The position numbers and the translations under genes were made by a program. A DNA stretch of 63,985 bases, filler included, from Lenisia limosa (lineage: Eukaryota > Protista > Breviatea), in NCBI GenBank assembly GCA_001655205.1. It is 6 parts of 6 records of this genome, joined end to end, with 100 filler letters (N's around TTAATTAATTAA, not from the genome) between each part and the next. Parts side by side here need not be neighbours in the genome. Positions count along the whole stretch, not along the records: positions 44,000 to 60,072 come from LPNZ01009742.1; 5 more parts are not named here. One strand, 5' to 3'. This document shows positions 45,604 to 59,400 of this stretch, piece after piece. Positions within the stretch are counted from its first letter, which is position 1; the number at the start of each line of letters is the position of its first letter. The notes beneath the pieces are model-generated. The model was not told the DNA's origin and ran no database searches. It saw nothing but the letters and a program-made list of their open reading frames with translations.

Positions 45604-48292
45604 ATGTCACAAACCGACGAAATCCGCGGAGAGCGTCTTCTTCTTGTCAACGATGTGCAGGTATGGTATTTAAAAGGGGTTACTCACGACCAGGTGCACA
45701 AGATCGTTGGCCCTGAGAAAGAACTTCTCTGTCAAGGCGTCTTCGAGGTCATCGTTGTCCCCCAGGGGGCTGAAGATGGCAGTGACATCTGTTTCTTCAA
45801 CATCGACAACTTACAGGTGGGTCCCTCGCCTCATAATTGGGATTCTAGAAGTTGTGATGAATGGAGTTCTCATTGTTTAGGCTCCTATTTCGAATGAAAT
45901 TCCTTGCTTGAAGATGGACAAGGGACAGTATGTCTTCCCAATGCCTGACTCCATTTTCTACGGAATCACATTCCCAAGGTATGCTGTGGAGATTTAGTCA
46001 ATAATCAGACTTCTAGCTGTAATATTTGTTATCCTAGCAAAGTGTCAAAGTGTTCTTTTCAAGCTTTCTCAGTACATACATATGTTTTCTTCTTGTTCTT
46101 CCCAAGGAATTTGACACCACCCAGCAACGCAGCCCAGGCCGACCTAGACTTGTTCGAAAAGGTCCTTGAGAACTACTCTTCCTTCCGCAAGGCCCCTAAG
46201 GCCGAGGAATCCGCGGTCGTACCTGCCCAGGTGGGCTTTCTGACATGATTATATTGAGCCTGTTATCACCTACTCTCAGTAAACCTATCTAAATCACATG
46301 AAATGAGAGAGAAAAGTATATTCTAACCGAAGCATTAGTATTACCATTTTAATCAGAGCAACATATTCCGATCTCCCAGTGTTCATTAACCCCCTCCTCC
46401 CATCTTACCGATTTGACATCAGTTACATGTGACGTGCTAATGCAATAGCCCTCCACCACAGTGGGCGTTATGGCCACAACCGGTGCGGCTCTGGAGTGGA
46501 CCGGATCTATGATCGCCACCACTCTCGTAAAAAGCGCCAATGTTGTCGGAAAGGGCATTTCAACGTGAGGAGGGGTGAAAGTTACGGAAGTATGTTAATT
46601 AAGGGAAATTATATTCACCATGTCAAGTTTGCATTTTGTTTCTTTACGTTTTAGCTCTGGAAGCTACCTAAAGAGTAAAATCAACCCCAAAGCTGAGCCT
46701 GTGAAGGTGGGAGGACGATCATTATTGGAATTTAGTTTCCATGGCACTCACTATGGATTGGACAGAGAAGGGAGTGTTTGCAATGCCTCAATGTTATGTG
46801 TTACTGTGCCAGGTCCCTGAGTCAGTCAAGTCCAAATTGCAGCAAACCAAGAAGTTTTCTTCCATGACTGTAAATGGTAAGGATGGTTTCATTGGGTATT
46901 TGAAGGGACTTGCAGCATCTCATCATCTTAGTTTCGAGTACCATTGTAAAGGGCATTTCTGATATGACCGTGGCCTTGGCTCAAACTATCGCAACGGAAG
47001 TATCAAAGACAAACATCGGACAGAAGGTATGCAGAGAAAACATCATTAACATTGTATCATTTTGCTTTTAGGTAACTAAGCAACCAGATAGCATCCTTCT
47101 TCCCCGTTTTTTTTTATTTTGCTTTAATTTCAAATAGGACCGATTCCTTTTTATGGATAAATGGTCTTTCTGACCAAGATCAACCCCTCACTCCAGTAGA
47201 TGTCCCCGGGTATCTCATCCCCCACGGTTATGGCCGCAAAGGATCTTGGACGTTCAACCGTCACCGCCGTCGGTGAGTGGGCCGTCAATTAGATGCCGTA
47301 TGGGATTGGATTGGTAAAGGAATGCAAATAGTCTATCACATAGTATATATTAGAATACAGTACACGATGTAATTCGGGCTTATTTACGAGACTAAAAAGA
47401 CGGACTTTTTCGGTTAAGTTGTTAAATATAGAAATGGGAAAACAAATGCATGGACAGGTTTTTTTTTTTAAAATGGACTTTTCCAGCATAGTTCCCTTGT
47501 AACCCCCCCCCCCCCTAGTTANNNNNNNNNNNNNNNNNNNNNNNNNNNNNNNNNNNNNNNNNNNNNNNNNNNNNNNNNNNNNNNNNNNNNNNNNTTGTTT
47601 CCACAGCCAACACTGCTGCTGATGTTGTTGAGCACCGGTTTGTTGAGATGGTGTAGCGCTTGTTTCATTTTGCCATTTTACTTTTTTTTTAGGTATGGAG
47701 AAGAAGTTGGAGATGCTACACGTGATGGCGCTGGTAGGTGGAGGGGGGGGTGTTCTTTCGTATTCATGGAACTTAAGAGGACGAGTATTATTGCGATACC
47801 GACAAAAGAAAACCTGTAATTAGCGTTGACCCTTTAGCTGCCGTAGTCAACACGACCAAGACTGTTCGTAATGTTGCTAAGGTGGGTGAATTGGGATGTA
47901 TTCAAGAATTTTCTGGACGAACAGAACAAAGATTGTGCCCTAATGATTGATCAATTTCTCTTTGTAAAAGCTGTGAGTGGCCGTGTTATCAACATTGTCC
48001 GGATACACTGACCTCCTAGCTTGGCCCTAAAACCATTGCTAAGTCAACCGCCAAGACCACAGCCAAAACACTTGTTCTAGATGACCACTCCGCCAGTATG
48101 ATTGGTTCATAGACTGCAATTTTGATTGTTTTGGTAAAAATACGAATGTTGTACCGCAGAAACGAATTGCAAGGGAAGGGCATGTGTATTGAACGTACAT
48201 TCTTTTGCCTAAGCGCACTGACCTTGAAATAACCTCTTTCAGAAGAGGCTGAGCCTGAGACAGATGATGTTATCATTGCTCCTCTTTCTTAA
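45604..48292 (+). CDS. Spartin/senescence-domain protein (SPG20 C-terminal / plant ERD7-like), no MIT domain seen
   Basis: Exons give IPCLKMDKGQYVFPMPDSIFYGITFP...DLDLFEKVLENYSSF, GSMIATTLVKSANVVGKGI...SYLKSKINPKAEPVKV, TANTAADVVEHRYGEEVGDATRDGAG and LGPKTIAKSTAKTTAK. The last exon (KEAEPETDDVIIAPLS*) is tentative. Confidence 0.8.
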
Positions 48293-48669
48293 GTTATTTA
48301 TTGCAGATTATTGTCCAAGGTGTTTTTTTAATACAATTTTGATGGAATCCAACAATCTCTAGCCTCAACAATCCTTTTGTGGTACCATATCATTAAACCA
48401 CCTTGGTTACGTGGATAAACAATTGGTTCCCAACTAAAGGCCCAAGGTAACTCAGGAAAAACCTTGACCAGCTCGCACCCATTGCACACTTTTTGTTTCA
48501 CAATGCTAATTGTCCTAAAAAGAAGTGTTTTTGTTCTTATTTGATCGGACACTCAACACCACCCCGACTGTTGCTTTTTGACATTTCAAGCTACTGATTC
48601 TCCAGAAAGAAAAAAAGTTCGAGGAAATATAATAACGTACATTCAGCTGTCCATCAGCCGAAGAGTAAC

Positions 48670-50250
48670 TTAGAAGAGCTGACGAATGGCTTCGACAGAC
48701 TCGTGTCCATTGAAGTCTGATAGGGTGAAACTTCAATGATGGAAATAAAGAAAGTAGTTGACTATGTGGAAATTAGAAAACAGTTTACTGTAACAATGAC
48801 TGTAGTAAGGCTGGCAATCAGAAAAATCAGTCAAGGCTATTCACATGAAAAATGATCAAAACTCAAAATGAAATAATTCAGTATTTCTATAAAGGCTTAC
48901 TGGGACAATGGAAGGCAAAGTCCTTGAAAGTGATGTCGTAAGCAGGGGCGAAAGAGAGGAGATCCTGAAGCGTGATTGAAACTCAAAATGGGCTAAGACG
49001 ATTCAGCAAGAGGCAGACCATGTAGAAGTTTTCGTAGATGAGAGCCATGTAAGCACCAGTGTCATCAGCACGGACAATATTCATGTGGAAGTCACCTGAT
49101 AGTTATGGGATGGAATCGAAGGATTCGATGTACCAGGAAAACTCTTCAAATTAAAGAAAAATAATCAGAGTATCTTACCATAGTTTCCAGCGTATTGCCA
49201 GGCGGACTTTCCACGGTAGCTGAGAGGCTATGACTGTAAGACCGCGGACTCAGATTGAGAATATTGAAGAAAAGCTTTACATTTCAAAGCATTAGATCTT
49301 NNNNNNNNNNNNNNNNNNNNNNNNNNNNNNNNNNNNNNNNNNNNNNNNNNNNNNNNNNNNNNNNNNNNNNNNNNNNNNNNNNNNNNNNNNNNNNNNNNNN
49401 NNNNNNNNNNNNNNNNNNNNNNNNNNNNNNNNNNNNNNNNNNNNNNNNNNNNNNNNGAATCGGTCGGGTCCACGCTGAGATGTAATCAATTGGTTCAGGT
49501 TGGTGTATAGTTGTGGTAAATATTTCTTTTGAAACTATAGGACATTGCATCAAATATCTCCAATAAAAGCTAAGCGGGCGAATCAAGATAACATCCGCCA
49601 ATTCAACTCGATTCTGAAAGGACCAGTCAATATTGTGAGTTTCACCATTTCACCATCATGCCATCATNNNNNNNNNNNNNNNNNNNNNNNNNNNNNNNNN
49701 NNNNNNNNNNNNNNNNNNNNNNNNNNNNNNNNNNNNNNNNNNNNNNNNNNNNNNNNNNNNNNNNNNNNNNNNNNNNNNNNNNNNNNNNNNNNNNNNNNNN
49801 NNNCTATCCTACAGTTTGAGGCGATGTCTCGGATTGATATGGATCTGATTACTCAAAAAAAAAAAGCAAAAAGGAACATTGATTATGGTTGTAAAATGAT
49901 TAAAATAAACACTTACAGTGGTGTTGGTATAGGTGGAGGCAAAGTAGCTCACTCCCTTAAAACGATAAGCCACTAAAAGGTTAGAAGATCTCTGCTCTGC
50001 GCGGTTCTTACTATCCATTCTCTTATGTTGGAGAGCATTTGAAGAGAGCATAGCACCAGAGGCCTCTCCAAGTTCTAGGGGAATCAAACACATTCATATT
50101 GAGAAAACTACCATTAGGATCACTTGTTTGTTGAGTAATACTGTATCCAGCATAGAAAGCGCTCATATCAGCGCTTCTAGGGGTAGGAGGAGGGTAGGCA
50201 AAAGCCACCCCCAAGACCGCAATGATCAAAACTGCGATGATTTTCATCAT
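48670..50250 (-). CDS. Secreted protein with signal peptide, possibly ependymin/LolA-fold-like
   Basis: MMKIIAVLIIAVLGVAFAYPPPTPRSADMSAFYAGYSITQQ..., YRGKSAWQYAGNYGGDFHMNIVRADDTGAYMALIYENFYM|DLLSFAPAYDITFKDFAFHCP|NFNGHESVEAIRQLF*. Two internal N gaps. The fold is inference. Confidence 0.65.
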
Positions 50251-50448
50251 TCTCTTCTTTTCTCAGTCCAAATGAAACTGAAGAGTTTTGAATTTCCAAA
50301 AATTATATAAATATAAACACGGGTCCAATATTTTGGTGAACAATTTTCTTCGTCTTGTATTTTGATTAATATGTTGCTGTATTGTAGTATAGTGTTGTAG
50401 TATTTATTTTGATGGTATAGTTAACAAAATTTTTATTACACACAAGAG

Positions 50449-53400
50449 ATGACCCAGCGTTTAACAGCTGCCTTCAGGGCAATCTTGGCTGTCTGTATAT
50501 TAACTTTTATAAAATTTGCCAATAGTTCATCGGTAGCTTCACAACAAAGCTGGTCTGAATCCGTTGACCAGTTGACTCCCACACTCCCAAAGGCCTTCGC
50601 TCCTCCGCATATCCACTTTAGACCACACATTGATGGCTACCACGTAGTGTGGTGGGGAGGTAAGCTCAAAGGATATTTTCTTAATAAGAAAACACTCTCT
50701 TGTTGACTTTTCCAGGGAATACTCTGCCCAATTCAACCTTTACTGGGTTTGACCATCTTAAAATTGATTCCAATACGGAGGAGCTTCTTGTCCATACCCA
50801 CCCGACAACGGAATTGTCTTCATTTCATGTTCCCGATGTAAGTCTGCTGAACCCTTGCAGTATTGATATTCCAGGCGACGAGCAACTTCCAAGCGCCTCC
50901 TATCACAGTGTAAGCGAAGAGGAATCTTTGTTTCTTATTGTTTTTCTCCTAACATAACCATAAGATTTGGTATTCCAGGCTCTTCTTTCCCTCCTGGGCC
51001 TTTGCTCAGGGTGTGTTGCGCATTCGAATAAATTTATTATTGTCGCGCTANNNNNNNNNNNNNNNNNNNNNNNNNNNNNNNNNNNNNNNNNNNNNNNNNN
51101 NNNNNNNNNNNNNNNNNNNTCCTGATATGAAGTCTTCTCTGAATATAACACACTATGCCCCTTGTTAGATGCAATACCGTTAGATGCCTCTAACCACCAA
51201 CTACCAGGCCCCGTTGGCTCTCTCTCCGGCCCGATGAAGGAAGCGTTAACTCTTTTGACCTCTTCAAATGGAAGTTGCCAGTATCGCTTAGGGCTCTCCT
51301 CCCACCACCACCCGGGGTAGACAGTGTCGAAATTCACCTTCCTGCTGTTAAGCCGGTACAGCACATGATTTACCGAAGGTTTGCCAGGAATTTTTTTATT
51401 TTTTTTTTATTTTTTTATTTTTTATCAGGCGAATAATTCCTCAATCTGTTGAATGGTGGTATTTTATGAATTGATTTTTCATATTCTGACTTGACAGGGC
51501 CAATGTTGTCCCGTCGAATCAGCCGCTGGAGGACGAGGTGTTTCCGGCGGCTCTTCGCCTTACTCCAGGTTATGTCGCCTTTCATAATCGGTACGCCAGA
51601 AAGGGTCTGTATGTATCAGGGCGTATTTGAATTGGATGTAGGCAGATGTTGGAGTTTGTTTTTGTGCTTGTTCTGCAAAGGTGTGGCTTCTTTCTTTCAA
51701 ATTCAAATCTGCAAATGCAATTATAGTTTTTCCTTTTTTTTATTGTTCACCCCCCCCCCNNNNNNNNNNNNNNNNNNNNNNNNNNNNNNNNNNNNNNNNN
51801 NNNNNNNNNNNNNNNNNNNNNNNNNNNNNNNTAACACCACCATTGAGTTGGAAAAAGTTAAAGCCTCTATCCCCGAGTTCTCATCGTTTCTCTTCAACTG
51901 CACTGTGGGTTTTTATTTTTTCTTATCGTAAGTTACAAACGCATTTAATGTTCCAGGCGATCCAACCTGGGGGTGCCGCCACCCTGGACATTGCGGTTAT
52001 TCCGCGGGTTGTCGGCAAGGTTGACGCCGTGTTCAGTTTGGAGACGTCACATGGCAGTGCTCTGTTCAACGTAGGCACCGTGATGGCGACTGTCCTTTCT
52101 TGATTTAGTATTTGCTATGCCTGCAGCTGTTTATTTCGCTAATGCCTGAAGGGCTTTGCCACTAATTATCGCATTATTATTTACTCCACAAAGGCCTCAG
52201 TGAGCGGGCAGGCGAACCCCATGAAGATTGGACCGCTGGTACACAACCAAGTGGCACTGGATCATGACTTCGTGTTCTCAATGGAGGTGGGGGCTGTCGC
52301 AATTGATTACAGAACATATGATATAGAGTTTTTTATCGTTATTTTATTTGGCAAAAATATAGTAAGTACCACTTTTCACCCCTACCGCAGTTTTTCACCC
52401 CCCCCCCCTNNNNNNNNNNNNNNNNNNNNNNNNNNNNNNNNNNNNNNNNNNNNNNNNNNNNNNNNNNNNTCGTTATTAAAGGCTCTCAGTTCCACCTGCA
52501 TCATCTCCCTGGTACGAGGAAGGATTGGAATTTTGGTTTTGTGTCTGGATCAAAGTCTTAATATTGTGATAGCAAAGAACCAAAACAAGTAGTATGCCCC
52601 AACCCGTGATTCCATATAGCACGCACTGCGAACACTTCTTTGCCCATGCCGGGTGACCGCGTTCCTCCACTTCAGGTTTGATTCGGGCAATCTGAAGCAG
52701 CATATCATATCATATTTTGATGTAAATTGGAGGTTCATTCTTATGCTTTTGGCGATTCTATTATAAACAGCGAGAATCTGCTTGAATGAGATTTCTCAAA
52801 TAGTGCTTATTTTTTCTCATTCACAGCATACCTGCATACTAATAACCACCCAGAGCGGAATTCTCTTCAACGCTGTATTCCGGGGCAACATTGTGGGTAA
52901 CCACATTGCGATTGTTGCTGTGAAGACTAACCTTGGCGGTCTGGTTATCCCTGTCACCCTCACTGTCGTACAAGGTTGGTCAGTTCTACCGAAACCATTG
53001 GGTCAAGTAGTGTGTAGAATGTATCTTTTACACCTATGATGTTATCTTTCACCTCCTAGGAGGGCTAATGGTGAAACCCATGACTGTCAACTTTGGGACC
53101 CTAACGCGAAGTAAGGCAGAAGCGGAAGAGTCCGTTTTCCTCACAAACTTGTCGCCAGAAACCATCCTCGTCAAGGTTTGTTGTTGCTTTTCATATACGT
53201 CTCCTTAGCTTCATTTTCTCACCAATTTAGGGCATCACACAGCCGTCCGGGAGTCCCCTTGTTATCAAGCAAGTTAACAAGGTCCTGTACCCTTCAACAC
53301 CAACCGAAGTGGGTCTGGACAGCTTGACTGGTTATGCATGCTTAAAATGTATTGGATTTGTACAATAATACAGTAACGCTTATTATGATATGATATGTAC

Positions 53401-56400
53401 AACAAGAATAACGTTTTTTTTGGGTTCAGCATTCACCCTCAGGTCTGCAAAGTGACATACGCCCCAGCCGCTCTCACCTCAGGTGCAGTCAGCTCGGCTG
53501 AATTGGTTCGAGGGGATATGGCAGTTTTTCCTTGGTTTCACAGAACAAGTTGGTAGAATATGAATATATTGGGCTTTATTGAAGTTCGTTACCATATAGG
53601 GTAACACGGAGGGCCAGTTCTCAATTCTCATCAACAACTCAATGGTGCTCGGTCCGGGCGGCCGCTTCGACATTGCCTGGAGTGCCACCATCCGGCCCGG
53701 CTTTCTTGACCTCGTCAACCCCAAGGTACGGGTTATTGACCTGGTGCTTGACCGTATTTGTTTTTGAGCCCCATCCACTCCAGAGTATTAATTGATTGTT
53801 ATTGGGGTAAAAATGGGACCCTTTGGTTCACGTTTTTATTAATGTGATTATTATTAGATTTATTGACACCGAAATATCCGTCTTTATNNNNNNNNNNNNN
53901 NNNNNNNNNNNNNNNNNNNNNNNNNNNNNNNNNNNNNNNNNNNNNNNNNNNNNNNNNNNNNNNNNNNNNNNNNNNNNNNNNNNNNNNNNNNNNNNNGGTC
54001 CTGGTCAATCTCCACAAGTACGCGCATTACTCCTGGATTATTACAACCTGTTGTCACTTTGATGTTCCGAAATACATTGGACTGTATGTTTTTTATGATA
54101 TGATTTTGTTTTTGTTGTTGTTTTTTTCAATTTGTTTTGAGCTTCTCATTAGGTGGTTGACTTATTACAACCTTTTTGTCAAGTATTCATCAAGGTTCCC
54201 TTCCTTCACCGATGGAATGCAGTGCTGCAGTAGCGACTGACCTGGGATTTGTTAGTTTTATTGTTACCAACCCTTGTGTGTTGTCAGCCAACNNNNNNNN
54301 NNNNNNNNNNNNNNNNNNNNNNNNNNNNNNNNNNNNNNNNNNNNNNNNNNNNNNNNNNNNNNNNNNNNNNNNNNNNNNNNNNNNNNNNNNNNNNNNNNNN
54401 NNNNNNNNNNNNNNNNNNNNNNNNNNNNNCGAGGTGTCATCAAGGTGAGGCCTGGATTAGAGTAGTGATTCTCTTATTTGCTTTCTTAGTATTGTTTTCC
54501 GACGGATCACGAACAATACTCGTTTTACGTTTATTTATATTACAATTAGGGCTTCCTTACGGCTCGAAAAAAACTGGTAAAATATCAATATTTATCGAGG
54601 ATTTATCGAGAAATTTAGTCTTTTTTTGTAGGGAAGCCCTAATTACAATGACACACCTTTTCAAACAACGAATTAACGGTTCAGGTGGCCTCGGTCCTCC
54701 ACCCCCCAAAAAGGCATTTCCAAGGGTATTGTCGTGGAGCCCGGTATGCCACTTTTCTTTCACTCTTTGCATTTCTGAATAGTGACTCAAATAATAACGA
54801 GGCATTATCGCCTCCCCTCCCCCAATATTATTCCTCTAACCCCCACCAGGCCAGACCCTTCCAGATCTTGTGATCAGACTCACTCCTCCCGCCTCCGGAC
54901 GGAAGGGAGGCTTCGAAACGACCCTCTCCGTATGCTGGCTTACAAAAATGACTCGATAGAGCTTTGAAACTGTCGATATTGTAGCAGTATATTTTCAAAC
55001 TTGAATGAATCCTTCTCGAGTCACTTTTTGACCATCCAGGTGAACACCAACGTCACCAATGTTGTCTACACAATTCGGGTAGGCGCTGTCGTTTATAATA
55101 ACTGTAAATTTTGGTATCGGTAAATCGCAACATCATCTACAAAAGTAATACAATACCTTATCAACGTAACTCATCTTTTCCTCTCTCATGGCCCTTTAGG
55201 TTGCTGATTCCTTGGTTGACGCGCACTTTGTCCGCACACGTGGGACGGCAAGCCCGGTATNNNNNNNNNNNNNNNNNNNNNNNNNNNNNNNNNNNNNNNN
55301 NNNNNNNNNNNNNNNNNNNNNNNNNNNNNNNNNNNNNNNNNNNNNNNNNNNNNNNNNNNNNNNNNNNNNNNNNNNNNNNNNNNNNNNNNNNNNNNNNNNN
55401 NNNNNNNNNNNNNNNNNNNNNNNNNNNNNNNNNNNNNNNNNNNNNNNNNNNNNNNNNNNNNNNNNNNNNNNNNNNNNNNNNNNNNAGCCTCGGCTGTGCG
55501 CCAGGCCAAAACCGAGGTCATCACCATCCGAAACGTCAACCCCGTGCCGATGGCCGTGTACGGCCTCAATACGACATCGACCGTTGTCAGCATGCGGCCG
55601 GGGAGATGTCGGCCCGGGTTAGATGCTAATACGCCACCGCCAAGCCTGCCTGTGTTGAGAGTGGGGAGGGTGGGGGGTATTAGCAGAATGAGATGAACAG
55701 CATGTTTTTGGCCCAGATGGAAATAGGCTTGGATTATCGTGTTTTATTTACACAGCAAACAAAATACCCTATATTACTGTTCATTCATTTGTTTTGTTCT
55801 CAAGATACAATCCTTTTCCCACCTCACACACAGGTCTTCTCACCCCCCTCAATTGCGACCAAATGGCTGACCTCAGATGATTTGTGTCCTGACGTCTCCT
55901 CAGAGGATATGGCCTTTTTTGCCAAGGGGAGGGAGGTGGGCGGTGTCTGCCAAGTAACTCCTATGTGTTGATGAGTATCAATATTATTAGTACTGTTTTT
56001 ATCCCCCTTGGACTGCCAGATATAATATGCACATGACCATATACATGTACATGTACATATACTATCTGAAATTTGCCATAAACACCTACCATACTATTTA
56101 ACACATAAACCATATTATGGTATTTTTTTTAAAAAAAAATCAGCTTATTGTTTTTTTTTTTTTTTTTTTTTNNNNNNNNNNNNNNNNNNNNNNNNNNNNN
56201 NNNNNNNNNNNNNNNNNNNNNNNNNNNNNNNNNNNNNNNNNNNNNNNNNNNNNNNNNNNNNNNNNNNNNNNNNNNNATTTGCTACTTCCCTTTTGGTAAC
56301 TTACCATATTAGGATGAAGTTCTGGCCTGGATTCCTGCGTGGTGTGAAATGCTCTTCAACATCGACTTGGTGCCAAAATCAACCCAGGGCACTCAGATCG

Positions 56401-59400
56401 TGAGTTGGTCATTAGTGGGCTCTTCCCTGAGTTACCCTAGGTTGTAGTTTTATATATCAATTTTGAATCCTCACCCCCCCCCTCCCAGGTCAAGGCCAGT
56501 ATTGCTACGTCCACTCGCGCCGTGCCCCTCACGTTTCAGTACTCTTCTTACCCGGGTATGCGTTGTCCTAGGTATTTGCAGGAGTACAACGCTCAATTCC
56601 ACTGTACTACCTACTATTTTTCTTTTGCCATCATAGTTCCTTGCTTTACCGACATAACCAGTTGCATGACACTCTTAGGTCGAATCAAGTCCGCGCCGGT
56701 CGCTATCACAGGGGCCTTCCCGGGTATCAAAAAGACCACTGTCCTGGCGCTGACGTCCACATTCACCCTGCCTACAACGCCAGAAGCAGCGTCATCTTCT
56801 GACTGCCGTGTGGTGGTAGCTGTCCGCAACGACACGGTGTTGACGCATCAAAGTGGCCCGGTCGCCGCTGTGGACGTGGAGTATGACGGCCTTCTCGGCT
56901 CGGATCGGGATAACTATTTGATGCCGACGGCGGCAAGATCTTCGGTGGGCCCGGCTTCGGAGTTTGGGATTATTTGTATTATTATTACTAGGGTGGGCAT
57001 CCAATATAATATATAATATAAGTTATCCCATNNNNNNNNNNNNNNNNNNNNNNNNNNNNNNNNNNNNNNNNNNNNNNNNNNNNNNNNNNNNNNNNNNNNN
57101 NNNNNNNNNNNNNNNNNNNNNNNNNNNNNNNNNNNNNNNNNNNNNNNNNNNNNNNNNNNNNNNNNNNNTGTCGAGGTTGTGTCTTCCACTAACCCCCCCC
57201 CCCACCAGATGACAGCCATCGGCGACGCTCTCACCTCGGATGACGCGAAAGTGCTCACCGCACTGAAGGCAAAGCAGGGTGCAATCCTCACGCACAGCGC
57301 GCAGTTCACTTCCGAGGTCGTGGTCCAAGCCAGCCTCGGCACGGTGGCGCTCAATGTGTCCGTCACCCAGGTCGTCCCGACGGTAGTTGTGTCTTCGGAA
57401 CTGAAACTAGAGCCGACCCGAGCCGGAACCATGATTGCTGAACTCCAGGTCACCAACCCTAGTGACTACCCCCTGCGTATCTCGGCGTATATTGACAACA
57501 CGCACGCGCTTGATGCGATTATGTCCGAAGCGGACCCATCCATCCCAGCCCGGCCACCTCAGTCGAGCCCCAGCTTCTTGAGCAGCATGCTTTCGTCACC
57601 GCCCGTGCCGCTGACTTTTGCTGATGGCTCGGAGCGGCTGCCGGCTTCCGTCCTCCCGGCCAACTCCAGGGTGCGGTTCGCGACCCTTACATTACCGTCT
57701 GTGGTCGCCCCGGGTGCTTGCCACTCTGTCTACCTGCACAACAACCTCACGTTCCTGGAACGCGTGGAGGTCTGTACGGCGGCACAACAGCCCCTCAAAT
57801 TCTACCCGATATCGGCCCACTCACTGGAGAGGGACATGAAAATGTCGACAGCTGTGCCACGCACAACTCATTTCATTGAAGGCCTTGTCATGCATCTACC
57901 CATGCATCTGGCAGCCAGAGCGTCTATCATGGACATGACACCCGGCCTGGACAGTTTTGTTGATGACGTGTCAGTTATCAGTCTCCAAGCCGACCCTCCT
58001 GCCGATTCCGCCTCCGCATCAACCGTCACATTGCACACCATCAGTGAGGCGGCCGCAATGGTCAGCATCGGTCCGGCCCAGGCCTCTGTTGAGCGTTTGA
58101 TCGGGGTGCAGAACACCGGTACCCGAGCGGTCTCCGTTACAGCCGCGCATGTTATCGGACCCTTCCGTGCTTCTGACCAATTTCTGGTCCGGGCTCAGAA
58201 GAACTTCCCAGTCACTGTCACTGCTGGTGGTAGCATCATCGTTCGTGTCACTTGGTGAGTTGTTATCATTTACACGGCATCTTTGTTTCTTCAATATGGT
58301 ATTGTTCAGACAAGGAATATAACATACAACAACTAAGCAATTATATTATTAATAACTACATACCTGCATCTTTGTTGATGACTCTTTGCTTTAGGTGGTG
58401 AGGTGTTATTCTTCAGAGTTGACTTACCATATTAGGAGTGTACCTGGTACACCGATAGACCCCCGCCTCCCCCACGGACTGCACCTGGTTCTCGACGTCA
58501 GCTCCGGCGGCTTCGTGTCTATTCCCATTGTCCCCGACAGCGACCAGATCCAGGTTGAAGATGAGTCCTTTGCAGCGGCCTTGACCAAGACTCACTCGTA
58601 GGCTACCCTCAAATATGAGACCATATAAAACGATTGGGTATATACATATGTACACTGACCAGGATAAGTCTTGACCGATTTGCTACCAAGAAAAATTGAT
58701 CAAGACTTATCCCGGTCACTGTACATTCACATCCCGATTCCACATTATAAAGCCTCACCTTCCATTACCTCTCATTTGACCCCCAGGATCGCGGACCCTC
58801 CTGAAGGACTCGAGCAGCCGCTTGTCACGCTCACGCACCACACCCTGCCCTTCGGCTACAGCATGGTCGGCGCCGCCGTCATCACCGCCATCTTCGTCGC
58901 CATAACCCAGGCCACCCTCTTCTCCCACCTCGAAGAAGTGCCGCATCCCGTCTTGGCAAGTCCAGCTACGCCCACTGCCGCCGCCCCGGTTGTCGCCGTA
59001 GAGTCGGAAGTGACCAATCCGGCAACCGAAATCGAAGTTCCGAAGGTTTCGACCGATTTGGAGAGGAAACAGGCCTCGCTGCTGAATGCAGAGTTGCAGA
59101 AAGAGGAGGATAGGAAGAGGAAAATTGAAAAGAAGGAAGAAGAGAAACGCAAGAAGGAGGAGAAGAAAAGGAAGGAAGAAGAGAGGAAGAAGGAGGAGGA
59201 AAAACGAAAGCGAGAGGAAGAGAAGAGGAAGGAGGAGGAAAAGAAGAGGAAGGAAGAAGAGAAGAGGAAGCGAAGAGAGGAAGATAAGAAGAAAAAAGAA
59301 GAAGAAAAGAAGAAAGAAGAAGAAGCCAGAAAGAAGATAGAAAAGGAGAAGAAAAAGAAGGAGAAGGAGCTGGCGAGGCTCAAAGCTGAAGAGGTTAAGA

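Noticed and set aside
50903-51364. Trp-rich minus-strand ORF as an inserted viral or TE gene
   Set aside because: The plus strand has an in-frame exon (PRWLSLRPDEG...HMIYRR) that splices to the next TMEM131-like exon. The ORF also crosses an N gap.
15563-57456. Numerous ORFs containing X runs
   Set aside because: They are artefacts of translating through N gaps.
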